A stretch of 64,000 bases of DNA from Nanobdellota archaeon (GTDB taxonomy: Archaea > Nanobdellota > Nanobdellia > Pacearchaeales > GW2011-AR1), in contig JBBSYF010000001.1 of NCBI GenBank assembly GCA_038045405.1, positions 1,832 through 65,831 on the forward strand. The letters are read 5' to 3'. Positions 1-11,200 of this stretch are shown here, piece by piece (the stretch's first letter is position 1; each line of letters begins with the position of its first letter). The notes beneath the pieces were generated by a model. That model saw nothing but the letters and a program-made list of their open reading frames with translations, was not told the origin of the DNA and searched no databases. Position numbers and translations under genes: made by a program.

Positions 1-93
1 ACTGGTGAAATTATGCTTATGTTCAAAGCACTAACAGATACTACTGAGAAAAGGATAAGGAACATGCCTAAAAACGTTATCTTATTTGTCATT

Positions 94-149
94 TCTGATA
101 CTTATTTGATACTCGCATTTTATTTAAAAACATTCCGATTGATACTCTT
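94..149 (+). promoter_or_regulatory. Promoter with a repeated TGATACT motif around a TATA box
   Basis: TGATACT occurs three times (96-102, 108-114, 141-147). Two copies lie upstream and one downstream of the TATA-like tttatttaaaaa at 117-130. The ATG is at 150. Confidence 0.35.
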
Positions 150-323
150 ATGAGGATAAAAATCCAAAAATTAAGGGCAGGAACAGAATATCAATCATAT
201 CGAATAGCACTTCCAAAAGCGATAATTGAATCTAAAAATTTGGAAGATGCCGAGTTTGAACTTGAAGATAAAGGAGACAAATTAATCCTGAAAATTGTTA
301 GAAAGAAGATTAAAAGTAATTAG
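150..323 (+). CDS. Small AbrB/SpoVT-like DNA-binding protein (57 aa, below the ORF-track cutoff)
   Basis: Hand translation gives MRIKIQKLRAGTEYQSYRIALPKAIIESKNLEDAEFELEDKGDKLILKIVRKKIKSN. The 'IALPKAII...L.L...GD.LIL' pattern is typical of swapped-hairpin AbrB-type domains. Confidence 0.4.
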   Translation: MRIKIQKLRAGTEYQSYRIALPKAIIESKNLEDAEFELEDKGDKLILKIVRKKIKSN

Positions 324-544
324 GTTTTTATACACATTTTCCAAAAAATTTTATTCTTTAAGACAACTCTTTTAACTACCCCTTTTTTTTCAAGGTCTTC
401 TAACTTCTTTTTAGTAGTCGTCCAATGAATATTTAATGATTTAGCGAGAGTTCTAGTTGAAACATCTGTTCCAAGAGAATCTAAAAAAATAATTATCTCT
501 CTTTCATATTTATCGAGATATTTATACTCCCCTTCGCTCATCAT
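320..544 (-). CDS. Winged-helix DNA-binding protein (74 aa)
   Basis: The pattern 'REIIIFLDSLG..VSTRTLAKSLNIHWTTTKKKLEDLEKKGVVKRV' looks like a wHTH of the ArsR/MarR type. Confidence 0.45.
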   Translation of the reverse strand: MMSEGEYKYLDKYEREIIIFLDSLGTDVSTRTLAKSLNIHWTTTKKKLEDLEKKGVVKRVVLKNKIFWKMCIKT

Positions 545-842
545 TCACCTCTAATTTAATTTGAATTTTATCTGACTTTTTGGCTGGAATTTTAACAATA
601 AATTTAATTTTATTCCCTTCTTTTATATGCAATAGTCTCTCAAGGTCTTTTGGGATTATCACAAAAAGTTGCTTTGAGTTCTGAACGATAACTTCTTTGA
701 CAATTTCAATATCTTTTCTACTTTCCTGAGATTCTTCCAATAACCTTTTTACTTCTTTTTTTACATTTTCTTTCATTGTGTTTTCCTCAAATTTTTCAAT
801 TATCTTTTCAGCCGTCCCTTTTTTAGAATCATCTTTTCCCAT
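522..842 (-). CDS. Hypothetical protein with an AbrB-like C-terminal segment
   Basis: 'LFVIIPKDLERLLHIKEGNKIKFIVKI' resembles an AbrB/SpoVT strand-turn motif. The gene overlaps the downstream wHTH gene in operon fashion. Confidence 0.35.
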   Translation of the reverse strand: MGKDDSKKGTAEKIIEKFEENTMKENVKKEVKRLLEESQESRKDIEIVKEVIVQNSKQLFVIIPKDLERLLHIKEGNKIKFIVKIPAKKSDKIQIKLEVNDERRGV

Positions 843-954
843 TCTGAGAATAATATGTCTAATTATATAAATGTTACGTCTACCTTATGATTGACTTTAC
901 AAAATTGACACTGGCTAAACATTTATAAAGGAGATTGTATAGTAAATATTATGA

Positions 955-1938
955 TTGATTATACATAATCGTGTTATGGGAGCGATTATTGGGTGGTTTA
1001 TGGGACTACCCTTCTCAATCATAGGAAATGATAAAATGAAACAAATACTGAAAGACCCTCTTGAAAGGGAAAGAGCAAGATTTTTATCAGTTTGCTCTGA
1101 TTTTGTAGACGAGTTTGTTCGTCAGTCTCCACAAGGAGGAGGTAGACCAAAATTCCCTCCTAATGACCTTTTGAAGGCATTGTTAATACAATCCTTACAT
1201 GGTGTGTCTTTCCATAGGATACAATCTGATTTACATCTTGCCAAAATGCTTGGGTTCATTAATTCTGTCCCAAAGAAAAGCACATTAAGTAAATATATGA
1301 ATGACCCGTCATTAACTGATAAACTTGAAAGATTAATCCAAACTTGTGCTTTCAGTTTTATGAATTCTGAAGATACTTTAATTGTAGACTCAACATGGTT
1401 TGCTACGAAAATGTATACTGGCGGAAGCAAGATAGTCCATGATAAGGCAAATGCCCCCTTGGATAAGGTAAGAAAAGTTCATATCGGTTTCTTACCAAAT
1501 AGCAAAATAATTGCTTATGCAAAAGCAACAATTGGAACAACACATGATTGTCCCCTTTTCAAAGATATCGTTTCTACGGTAGTGAACAACGGTTTCAATA
1601 TAGACAAATTACTTGCTGACGCTGGTTACTTGAGCAAAGCTAACTATGCTTTATGTGAATCTCTTGGTATTAAAGGAGTTTTTATTAATTTCAAATCAAA
1701 CATAACTGGAAAACATCCTAAAAGCAAAGCTTGGCGTAATTCCTTTAATCTTTACAAAAACGAACCTGAAGTCTGGCATGAAAATTATCGTTACAGAGTT
1801 TTAATCGAAGCATTGTATTCAGCAATTAAAAAGAAATTTCTTCCTTGGTTACGAACTAAAACCGACACAGCCAGAGATAACGAAAGTTTATTGAAAATGT
1901 TGGCTTATAACTTAACTATTCTAGGTAGATATTATTAA
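955..1938 (+). CDS. DDE transposase, IS5/IS4-like
   Basis: Candidate DDE residues are present in 'LIVDSTWF', 'LLADAGY' and 'YRYRVLIEALYSAIKKKF' (the Y..R..IE..F..IK signature of IS5-type enzymes). The track start is a non-ATG codon, and an ATG at 976 is possible. No terminal inverted repeats were found. Confidence 0.6.
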   Translation: MIIHNRVMGAIIGWFMGLPFSIIGNDKMKQILKDPLERERARFLSVCSDFVDEFVRQSPQGGGRPKFPPNDLLKALLIQSLHGVSFHRIQSDLHLAKMLGFINSVPKKSTLSKYMNDPSLTDKLERLIQTCAFSFMNSEDTLIVDSTWFATKMYTGGSKIVHDKANAPLDKVRKVHIGFLPNSKIIAYAKATIGTTHDCPLFKDIVSTVVNNGFNIDKLLADAGYLSKANYALCESLGIKGVFINFKSNITGKHPKSKAWRNSFNLYKNEPEVWHENYRYRVLIEALYSAIKKKFLPWLRTKTDTARDNESLLKMLAYNLTILGRYY

Positions 1939-2303
1939 TTCAATATACCAAATGATTTAAGGAAAGCCAAGATTGCTAAAACTCCAATAACAGCTTCAAT
2001 AATCTTTCTCCAAAGAGACCAGTCATTTCTTCTGATATCTTCTAATCTTTGTAATTCCTTATAACCCTCTTTTGTTACTAAATAACTTAAGTCATATAAT
2101 TCTTCTTTTTTCTTTTCATAATCTTTTTCATCAATCAAATAGCCCTTGTCAATAAGTCTTTGTCTTTTTTCTGTTGATATGGGTGGTAAGGGTAATCTAA
2201 GGATTTCTTCCCTCGTATATTTGAAATATTGGTTTATTCCGTCTCTTACCTCTTTATCACTCTCTATCATATAACTTATTAATGGTTTTCTTATTTTTAA
2301 CAC
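1935..2303 (-). CDS. Hypothetical protein with a C-terminal TM helix
   Basis: The ORF is 122 aa. It has a hydrophobic C-terminus, 'IIEAVIGVLAILAFLKSFGIL'. Confidence 0.3.
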   Translation of the reverse strand: MLKIRKPLISYMIESDKEVRDGINQYFKYTREEILRLPLPPISTEKRQRLIDKGYLIDEKDYEKKKEELYDLSYLVTKEGYKELQRLEDIRRNDWSLWRKIIEAVIGVLAILAFLKSFGILN

Positions 2304-2370
2304 TTTTTAATTTACCTCCTACGATTTAATTAATAATAAATTTTATATAGCACGAAATATTGTACAGGAT

Positions 2371-2763
2371 ATGGCAAATTATCCGTTAATTATGACTTAT
2401 CTCCTCTCTTATCTTTTTCCTCTACTAATCGCATTGATTTGGGGGTTGGGATTCAAATTTAAATATAGTCCAAAATTAGCATGGGGAAATGCTTCATTCA
2501 TGATATTTGCTTTTGTTGCTTTAACTTATCGCAATAGGGCTCTTGTTGATGAAATAGCCGTTCCGTTAATCTTCTTATCTATTTCAATAATCTACTTTTT
2601 TGCACTGGTGTCTTTTTATGTTAAGGGATTAAAACAGGGAGTAAAATTTTGGAACTCTTTTTCGTGGAAAGTAATTACTTTTTTTGCACACCCCTTAATA
2701 GTGTACCCGACAGTTATAATAGTAAGTTTAATCGTTGATTTTAGATGGATTTTTTTTAGTTAG
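2371..2763 (+). CDS. Small polytopic membrane protein
   Basis: The ORF is 130 aa. It contains about four hydrophobic segments. Confidence 0.4.
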   Translation: MANYPLIMTYLLSYLFPLLIALIWGLGFKFKYSPKLAWGNASFMIFAFVALTYRNRALVDEIAVPLIFLSISIIYFFALVSFYVKGLKQGVKFWNSFSWKVITFFAHPLIVYPTVIIVSLIVDFRWIFFS

Positions 2764-2959
2764 ATTTATGGACGCTTATCTAAAAGTCATAGACAAAAAT
2801 TTAGTTTACGGACAGTGTCTATCTTTTTATATACAAGAAGACTTATACAAGTATTAGATTAAAATAATAGACCGACTTTTTTCTTTGTGCAAAACACTAT
2901 GTTGCACAGCGACGATAAATCAATTGTGCAAAGCCATTGAAACCAGAAGGTTTATAAAC

Positions 2960-2976
2960 CGAAACCTTTTTAAATA
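2960..2976 (+). promoter_or_regulatory. BRE/TATA promoter of tfb
   Basis: 'ccgaaacc' followed by 'tttttaaata' lies 25-35 nt upstream of the ATG at 3001. The same CGAAA-plus-TTTAAA arrangement recurs at 60598-60619 on the minus strand. Confidence 0.5.
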
Positions 2977-3000
2977 CTTCGTGAACTCTAAATCTTAAAA

Positions 3001-3927
3001 ATGGTCTTTATAAAAAAATGTCCCGAGTGCGGAAGTATTCATCTTACTTATGATTCTCATCTTGGTGAAATAATATGCAATGATTGTGGTTTAGTCGTCG
3101 AGGAAAAGATGGTTGATACGGGAATTGACTTACAAAGTAAGTTCGATAAGGGTGAAAAAAAGGGACGTGGTGGAGCACCAACGAGCATTCAAAAATTCGA
3201 CAAAGGACTAACAACCAACGTTGGAGAGATTTCTGATATATACAAGCTTGAGCCGAAACAAACTAGAAAATTCTTAAGATTAAAAAAGTGGCAAGAGCGT
3301 GTCTCAACGAGCATTGAACGTAATTTGCGTCTTGCAATGGCCGAACTTAGAGTTATAGCTTCTTATCTTAATCTTCCAAACGTCATTAGAGACGACGCAG
3401 CAAGAATTTACAACTATGTTCTTCAGCGTGGCCTCGTTCGAGGCAGAAGCATGGAATCTGTTATCGCTGCATGTCTTTACGCTGCATGTAGAAGTTACAA
3501 CATTCCAAGAACTTTGGATGAAATGGCAACAGCTTCCGACGTTGAAAGAAAAGAAATTGGAAGAACATATCGTTTCATCATAAGAAAACTTGGAATAAAA
3601 GTAAACCAAAGTTCTCCAAAGGATTACATTTCAAGATTCTCCTCAGTTCTCAAACTTTCTCCAAAAACGCAGAATGATGCTCTTAAGGTTCTGAAGAGAG
3701 CAGAAGAAGTTGAATTAACCTCTGGCCGTGGTCCAGCAGGAATTGCTGCTGCAGCATTATACGTCGCTGCTTTGATGAATGACGAAAAGAAAACTCAAAG
3801 AGAAGTTGCAGATATTGCAGGAATAACAGAAGTTACAATAAGAAACCGTTACAAAGAACTTATTGAAAAACTTAATCTAGAAGAAAAAATCAAACAGAAA
3901 GAAGTTGAATCTAAGAAGAAAGTTTGA
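3001..3927 (+). CDS. tfb: Transcription initiation factor IIB (TFB)
   Basis: An N-terminal zinc ribbon 'CPECGS...CNDCG' is followed by two cyclin-like repeats, including 'SMESVIAACLYAACR' and 'GRGPAGIAAAALYVAA'. Confidence 0.95.
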   Translation: MVFIKKCPECGSIHLTYDSHLGEIICNDCGLVVEEKMVDTGIDLQSKFDKGEKKGRGGAPTSIQKFDKGLTTNVGEISDIYKLEPKQTRKFLRLKKWQERVSTSIERNLRLAMAELRVIASYLNLPNVIRDDAARIYNYVLQRGLVRGRSMESVIAACLYAACRSYNIPRTLDEMATASDVERKEIGRTYRFIIRKLGIKVNQSSPKDYISRFSSVLKLSPKTQNDALKVLKRAEEVELTSGRGPAGIAAAALYVAALMNDEKKTQREVADIAGITEVTIRNRYKELIEKLNLEEKIKQKEVESKKKV

Positions 3928-4009
3928 TAATCAAGATTTTTAGTTCTCTAATATTTTTACTTAGAATATTACAATAATGCATAAAACTATTTATGGGATT
4001 GCTGAGGCA

Positions 4010-4267
4010 TTATTTATCTCCCAATTTGTTCCTTAAATTACCAAGTCTTGCTCTGTAAATTTTAAGAGAAGCGTCATCTTTAATCTTAAGAATTTCTAAT
4101 TTTACTTCAAGTGCCCTTAAAAGACCTTTGTCTATCTCTTTTGTATGGTATCTCGCTCTTTCAATTTCGTTTTCTTTGATATCTTTCTCTATTTTTAGGA
4201 AGTGCTCTTCAATTTCCTTCTTTAGGCTTTCTACACCCTTTTTTGTTCTTTTAGTTCTTTTAGCCAT
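4010..4267 (-). CDS. Hypothetical coiled-coil protein (85 aa)
   Basis: The sequence is charged and helical. The gene sits downstream of the nucleotidyltransferase gene and overlaps it. Confidence 0.3.
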   Translation of the reverse strand: MAKRTKRTKKGVESLKKEIEEHFLKIEKDIKENEIERARYHTKEIDKGLLRALEVKLEILKIKDDASLKIYRARLGNLRNKLGDK

Positions 4268-4992
4268 TTTTCAGATAAGTCAATAAGGTTTTTTACTTCT
4301 TGTGGAAAAGTATCGTTAACCTCTTTTTCTTCTCTCTTTACTCTTATATAAGTGGCATAATTTTTTTCCCCACATATTTTAAAAAAATCTGACTTGAAAT
4401 AAGTTTTCTTCAAGGCTAAACATTTTATTAAGTATAGTTCTCTCAATCTTAAAACAAGAGAATAAACAACCCCATCAAGAACTTTTTCATCATAATCTGT
4501 ACAAAAATTTACAAAGTCTTTATTCATTTTAAGCACACCTCTTATCTCTCCTAATGTCTTTTTAGGGTTAAAGGACTTTTTATTCTGAATATATTTTTCA
4601 ATAAGTTCTTTGTTTACTATAACATCTATTTCATTTAACATGCTTGCATAATACAAATTAGTTAGAAAATTTTTTGAGAGGCTTTCTTCTGAACATAAAA
4701 ATATTTCATAGTTTTTGTAAGTGATAAATTTATTTATTTCACTTGTTATAACCAAGATATCAATATCACTCCCCCTGTCATAATCTCCTCTAGAATAGCT
4801 ACCAAAAATATATATACCTTTTACCTCTTCATTTAAATTTTTGGTAAATAAAAAATCTAAAACATCTTTGGCAATTTCTGCTTTATCTGGCAAAAAAAGA
4901 GTTACAACTACTTGCTTATTTAACCATTTTCTCGGCAATAAAACGCCTGCTGAAGTTCCTACTTCTCTAGCTTGTTTTACTATAGTTTCCAT
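4231..4992 (-). CDS. Nucleotidyltransferase-domain protein with an AbrB-like N-terminus
   Basis: The minimal NTase motif 'GSYSRGDYDRGSDIDILV' is present. The N-terminus 'GTSAGVLLPRKWLNKQVVV' is AbrB-like. The start was moved to the internal ATG (METIVK) instead of the track start at 5079. Confidence 0.55.
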   Translation of the reverse strand: METIVKQAREVGTSAGVLLPRKWLNKQVVVTLFLPDKAEIAKDVLDFLFTKNLNEEVKGIYIFGSYSRGDYDRGSDIDILVITSEINKFITYKNYEIFLCSEESLSKNFLTNLYYASMLNEIDVIVNKELIEKYIQNKKSFNPKKTLGEIRGVLKMNKDFVNFCTDYDEKVLDGVVYSLVLRLRELYLIKCLALKKTYFKSDFFKICGEKNYATYIRVKREEKEVNDTFPQEVKNLIDLSEKWLKELKEQKRV

Positions 4993-5099
4993 ATTATAAT
5001 ATATTATAATACCACTTATAAACTTTATCTTTATCATAAGTTGTAATAAAATATTCAAATAACAAACTTTATTAAACAAAATAATTCTCTCATTTTAAC

Positions 5100-5183
5100 G
5101 CGGGAGTGCCGGAGCGGTCAAACGGGCTGCGCTTAGGACGCAGTAGCTTAGTGCTTGCATAGGTTCGAATCCTATCTCCCGCA
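5100..5183 (+). tRNA. tRNA-Leu(UAG)
   Basis: The cloverleaf folds by hand. The acceptor is GCGGGAG/CTCCCGC, the anticodon arm is CTGCG-CTTAGGA-CGCAG, there is a long variable arm, and the T arm is ATAGG-TTCGAAT-CCTAT. Confidence 0.9.
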
Positions 5184-5214
5184 TTTTGTAAAAAGCTTTA
5201 GAATTAACCTTAAA

Positions 5215-8200
5215 TTAAGCACATTCTGGGAATAATGCTTTTATTTCATCGTTAAAACCAAGAACATGTGATACATACTCGTTATTTCCTGTGCAACCCC
5301 ATCCATTATAGTTTCTTAATGCATACGTCCATCCAGAGTACTGTTTATTTGTACAGGTGAATGTTTTTGAATTGGAGTTGTATCCATTTATTAGAACATT
5401 GAGGCCGACGTTTATGTTAGTCTCAAAATCTGAAAGTTGTTTCTTACATTCTTCTAGGTTAGATGAAAGTCCATAAGTACCACAATGACCGATAAGTTGC
5501 CCAGCATTATTTTTGAACGCAATATTTATTTCCATGGTTCCTACACTCCCAAAGTTGTCACCATGAACGGTTTTGGTATAATCTCCTTCACAATACAAAG
5601 GATTTCCATTCTCTTGTGTCGGACTACATTGATGTATATCACTTTCCCTATATGCAACCTGTAAGGCCAAGCATTCAAAGTTTTTTGCTCCTGTTTGTTG
5701 TTTTACAACAGCATCGCTAAATTTAGCATCGCTTGTTTTCTTTGCTTCTGCTAGCTTAAGGATTTCTCTACCTAAAATTATTGAAGATAAATTCCTCTGA
5801 CAAGCAGGTAAATCTAAGCATTTCATTTTTCCATTTGTTTCTGTCGTTACTTCTTTTTGACAATCTTCAAATGTCGTGCATGTAAAGACAGTGGCGCCTG
5901 TCGTTGCAACTGCGGAGGTTGTAGCTGTTCCTGATGTTCCAGAGGTTCCTGAAGTCGATGATGTCCCGGATGCAGAATCAAGTCCAAAAAGTCTTTCGGC
6001 ACCCTGAATAGAATTTTTATCTCTCAAAATTGTTGCAATATTTTTGTTAAAAGAAGTTAAAGCAATCTGAGAATTTCCTATTGTGGTAATAGCATTTACA
6101 TCTGTCCACACATTTAGGTCACTTGAAATTTGCCAATTTTTTTTAGGAATGCTATACTTAAAGAATATTTTATCATCTTTTGTTAAAGTGAATATTTCTT
6201 CAGAGGAATATTCAACACTGTCTGTGACTAAAGACGGATTAGAAGAAAAATCCCCCCCGTCTCTTATATAAACTCTATTCATCAATTTAGAAAGACCTGC
6301 CGTGTAAGATTGACCATCTAGACTTTTAACGAATTCTTTATTTTTATCTGTTAATTGTGCAAACATCTGTTGATCAGTAAGCGTGCTTGAAGCAATAAAT
6401 GCACGTACTGTAGTTCTAAGACCGCCATCAGCATCTGAAGAAGAAACTGCTGTAGAAATCCATCTTTCTTTAGTCAATAGAGTGGATTTAGGATTTACAG
6501 ACCAATGCCAGTTACTTCCTGAAAAAGTGTAGTACAAATTAAATGCAATTGTGTCGTCTTTAAACTCAAAGATAGGATAGGTTATTTTTCCTATATTTTG
6601 CATTTCTTGTGCCTGAGGTGTTTGCGCTGGCACAACAAGAACGTCCCAATGATCCACTTCAAGGGCGTAAACCGCACCACTCACTTTGTTTCTGTATTGT
6701 TGCGCATTATCTCCACTTCTTTTTCCAACATCTTCAAAATTAGTTTTTATGTAAGCATCAAGTTGTGTGTTTAAACGTAAGTCAACTTTGTATCCGTTAG
6801 AATGACTGTACTGTCCTTCTGCATGATTCCCTTCCGTACCGCTTGTGATTGTTATTTCACAACCAGCGCATGATTGTTTAAGGTTCTCAATTTCTATTAA
6901 CGTTTGTTCTCGAACTCCTTGAAGGACAACTGTTCCATCTTTAACGCTGATTCCAGCACCAATCAAGGTTTTACGTGCAGTAGCTTCATTCACTGGAAGA
7001 TTGGATGGAGCTTCTGGAGTAGCAGGTTTTGCAGTTGTAGAAGTATCTGTATCTTTTGTTGGTCGTGTCGCTCGATATGCCTTCACGGCAATTGCTTTGT
7101 AAGCATTTGCCCTTAGAAGTGTTAGATAACCTTTTTTATCATTCTCTGAAACTCTGTTGTAAGCAGCAGCAATCAACCCTACTTTTTTAGAAAGATCTTT
7201 TTCTTTGTCGACAGAATCAACAAGATTAGTAAACTCGTCTGGAGTAAGTTCAGTACTTGAAAGAGCTTGATTAACATTCTTCACCGCATCATTTACTCCC
7301 TTCTCAGTTGAAACAGATCTTATCGTATCTTTAACGCTTTGTCCATCAAGCCAACATTTCATCTTTTCGTTTCCACAAATTCCAACTTCCGTCCATCTTT
7401 GATTTGCAGTTCCAACACCGGAGTCCGTTCCCGTTCCAGGATTAGTTGTTGCACAAACTCTCGTTATTCCTTGATTGTAAATTGCAGGATTAGCAAGTCC
7501 TTCTGCAGCAGATTGAATATTAGGAGTTAACAAATTCAATGCACTTGGAGTTCCTGAAATGCACGCTGCTTCAGTCTTTATGTTTGTTTGACTTGCTTGT
7601 GATGCAACTGCCTGTTCTGTAAGATAATTAATTCCAAACTCCGTTGTAACTTGTTTGAATCCACATTCTTCTTGATTGTTTACAACTATACAAAGTTCTT
7701 TGTATCCTGCAGGAGCGGGGAAGTCGGGAGTATCAGTTTTGAATTCTCCTCGTTTGATAAATCCATTTGCAACAATTCTTCTTTGGCCTGTATCTTCAAA
7801 GAAAGATCCTTCAGCTCCCTTAAGATAAACTTGATAGTAAGCTGGGAAATCTTTTCCTGCATATATGTGATAGAAAACTTTATACTGTGACATTGGGGGG
7901 TTCGTTGCAGTTGTTAATGGAATTTCATCAAATCTCCCATAGAATTGTGGAGGCACATCCGGAGTTGTTAAAGCATCTAATAAATTTCCTCCTTTTGGAG
8001 AAGCTATTGAAATCCAATTGTGACAAACTTCAGTCCCCACACCTTCCACTGTCCTTAACTTAAATGCATTGAATGAGTTTGATGCATAATACTGTGTGAA
8101 GAAATCAATAGAGTCTCCAGCTTTTTGCATTGCGTCCTGAACACCAAGATATTCTCCTCCTCCCCGAGTATTTTGTCCAAGAACAGAACCAATTATTTTA

Positions 8201-11200
8201 GGAGCAGCTATTTTTACAAGAGGAAGACTCTGTCTCCAGAAAAAGTCACACATATAAACAGAATTTATTTCATCACAAATTCCAACTTGCTGTCCAGTTT
8301 CTAAACTAGTTTGTAGGCATTGTTGGTAAGAGTTTGCAACACTCAAGTATCCAGAAAGTCCAGCATTAACTGCTGACAAACAAATAGGCACTTTAACATC
8401 GGGATAATTTGGGAGGCAAAGCATCAAGCCACCAATAACTCCCGATTGTATAACGTCTGCAACAGGGTAATCTCCCCCAAGGTCACATCTACTCGACGGA
8501 CAGATCACAGGGTCACAAACATTGAATAACAAGTTACAATCTGAGGGAGACATAAAATCTTGGCACTGAATACTTGGAATGTTTACTGCGGGAGAACCTA
8601 CCTGAATTTTATTTCTTGCTATGGTTACTTTAGTTATTCCAGGAGTACGCGCTCTTGCTTGTGATGCTTCTACAATTGCACTTTCTGCTCTACTGAAAAG
8701 ATCAGAAGACTCTCCAACACTAAGTCCGAATGCTTGTGTTTGTCCAGTTGCTCTTGGAACGAAATATTGACAGTCATCGTCCGAGGTACTCTGCTTTCTG
8801 TCTTCACCTATATTGCAAATGTAGAAGCTTGAAACTCTCACTGAATCATCATAAGGTTTTATTGCTCCCCCAACAGGAAGTATAGATTTAATTGCAGCAT
8901 ACCATCCATTCTTCAGATCAAATGGAACAGCTACAGGAAGTCCTTTGTAAGGTCCACTTTCAAAGTATGTAACTCTAGCGCTTCCGTCTGGATATGAATT
9001 CTGATATTTGTTGAGTACAAAAGAAGAGAACATTTCTTTTATCTTTTTAGATAATGGATTGTCTGCTGCTAAAAGATTTCCTGAAGAGCTATCATAAACG
9101 TTCTTTATTGTGTAAACATTCTGTCCTGCCAATTCCAATTCTAAAAGATAGTCAACATTGTTTAGATTAATTAACTTAACAGGTGTGCCTGCAGAAATTC
9201 CTAATGTATTTCCCTCTTTTGCAGTTGAGCCATAGTACACCCCTTCCTTTGAAAATTGGTCTTTGATAATTTCAGATAAAGGGTTGTCTACTTGTGCCTG
9301 CATTTTTTGTGAAAGAGCAGTTATAGCACTAATCTTTTCTTTGTTAGCATAAACACCCGTCAAAATCGAAGTTACTTGTGCTTTTGCAATCTCTCCAACT
9401 ATTCCCGGTTGATTCAGAAGTCCCGCATTTAATTCAAGGTCTCTTAGTTGAGTCGCAGAGATACTTTCTGAATTGAGGGAAGCAACAATTTCTGAAGCAG
9501 AAACATCTTTTCCCGAAACTTTGATATTAGGTATACCTGCAACATCTGTCTTAATCTTTTCTTTAGATGTCGTTAATTTTTGTTCTACATATTTTTTAGA
9601 ATCAACAGTCTGCTCGCCCGTAACATCTGTAGATATGACTGATTCTGTTGTAATCTCTTTATCATTCTTTGTTTGTTGGTCCATTGCCTGCGCATAAACA
9701 TTTACTGATGCGTCTATCTCATCAGAATTTCCAGTTAAACAAGAGTCAACACTCTTCCAAGGCCCCTTATTATTAATCTGAGCTCCTTTTTCAACAGCGT
9801 CCTTACATTTTTCAAACCATCCATTAGGCCCCCTCATGACTGTTTGTCTTGCAATTCCTTGCCCCCCAAGATTTGCTAAAAAGTTCTTTGCAGTAAGGAA
9901 AGCCCCAGTAGCAGCACAAACTTTTTTTTCCGTTTGTACTAATGTTCCAAGTTTTGAATTAATTCCTTCCCATTTTTCAATAGTTTTATTTAAGGATTCT
10001 ATTCTGCTTTTTGTTTTTTCCGGACTTAATTGTATTCCCCTCTTTTCAATTCCTATTTTGAAAGAGATATTTGCCTTGGATGTTTCATAATTTACATTTG
10101 GACTTATAGAAACACTTGCAAGTTTTTTCAAAGTTATTTTATTAACACTTATTTGGTACTTATTTGTCCCAACAATTGCATAAGAGTTCAGGTTTATCTT
10201 TACTGAATTAGAAGCCGTTCTCTCTTTTTGTACACCACTCACGTCAAATTCAGCATATTCATCTTCAAGTTTTGTCAAGATAATGAAGTCTGTAGCAGAA
10301 AGATACACTTTCTGGTATTGAGTGATTTGGTTAGGATAGTTTTCATATCCTGGTGCTACGTTTGTTACAGAAATGTCTGTGCTGTAGTCATCAAGGCTAG
10401 GTTCTTCTGCACCATCAAATTCTATTAAGTAAGTTTTCGAACCAATAGTAACCTCGCCTACTGAAACTTCCATGCTTGAAAGTTCCAAAGCATTCTTACA
10501 GATTGGGGGAATGTCTGAATTAGGATAACTCTCTGAAAATTCTTTGCAAAAGGTCGTAGCAGTTTTCTTTTGATTAGTTGTCCATGCTAATTCTATAATA
10601 TTTGTTAATGCTTTTTCTCCAAGCATTTGCATGTCTTCAGGAGGGTATGTTTCTGAAGCAAATTGATTAAGGATTGTTTCATAATCTTTCTTTGAACTCT
10701 CATAGTTCACTCTTGCTTTTACACCTTCAGGAGTAGTTGGAAATTCAGAATCAACAGCACTTGAAAAATCCATTATACCAACTTCTTTTCCGCCAACCGT
10801 CTCTTTCCCTTTTCCATAAAGAACCATATTGAAATTCCATCCTTTAAGGACGTTATTTGCACCTTTTTTAATGGTAGACATAATTTTATCAATCACTCCC
10901 CCATTCTCTTTAGTGGCAGTAGCAATCGTAGAAATTTCATTTTCAGTCAAGCTATTTTGTGTTGTTCTTCCTGCCAAAGGCAGATCAACAAGCATAGTAT
11001 AAGTAGACTCTAAAGTCTTGACGTTTTCTTCATTTCCTATAAATCCGATGTATACTCCTCTGTCCTTGTCGTCTTTGTCTTTGAATGTATAAAGTAAGTC
11101 TCCTATGCCAAATTCTTTTTCATTCTGCCCAGAAACTAAAAGGTTTAATTTAGGACTTACTGTCAAAGAGATAGTTGGAGACTTTGAATCCTGTTTGCAA

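Noticed and set aside
843-1960. Search for terminal inverted repeats of the IS5-like element
   Set aside because: I could not find a convincing inverted-repeat pair by eye. The transposase 3' end overlaps a convergent ORF, so the element boundaries and its intactness remain undefined.
2764-3000. A 237-bp intergenic region upstream of tfb with several inverted repeats (ATAGACA...TGTCTAT, TGTGCAA...TTGCACA, GGTTTATAAACC), considered as a possible ncRNA
   Set aside because: I could find no C/D or H/ACA box pattern and no conserved structure. The repeats are short and may be regulator sites, so I am not confident enough to call a feature.
4008-4022. 8-9 nt match (tatctccca) to the 3' end of tRNA-Leu, as a possible att site around the NTase genes
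   Set aside because: The match is too short to be meaningful in an AT-rich sequence. It also lies upstream of the tRNA on the wrong side for a 3'-end integration.
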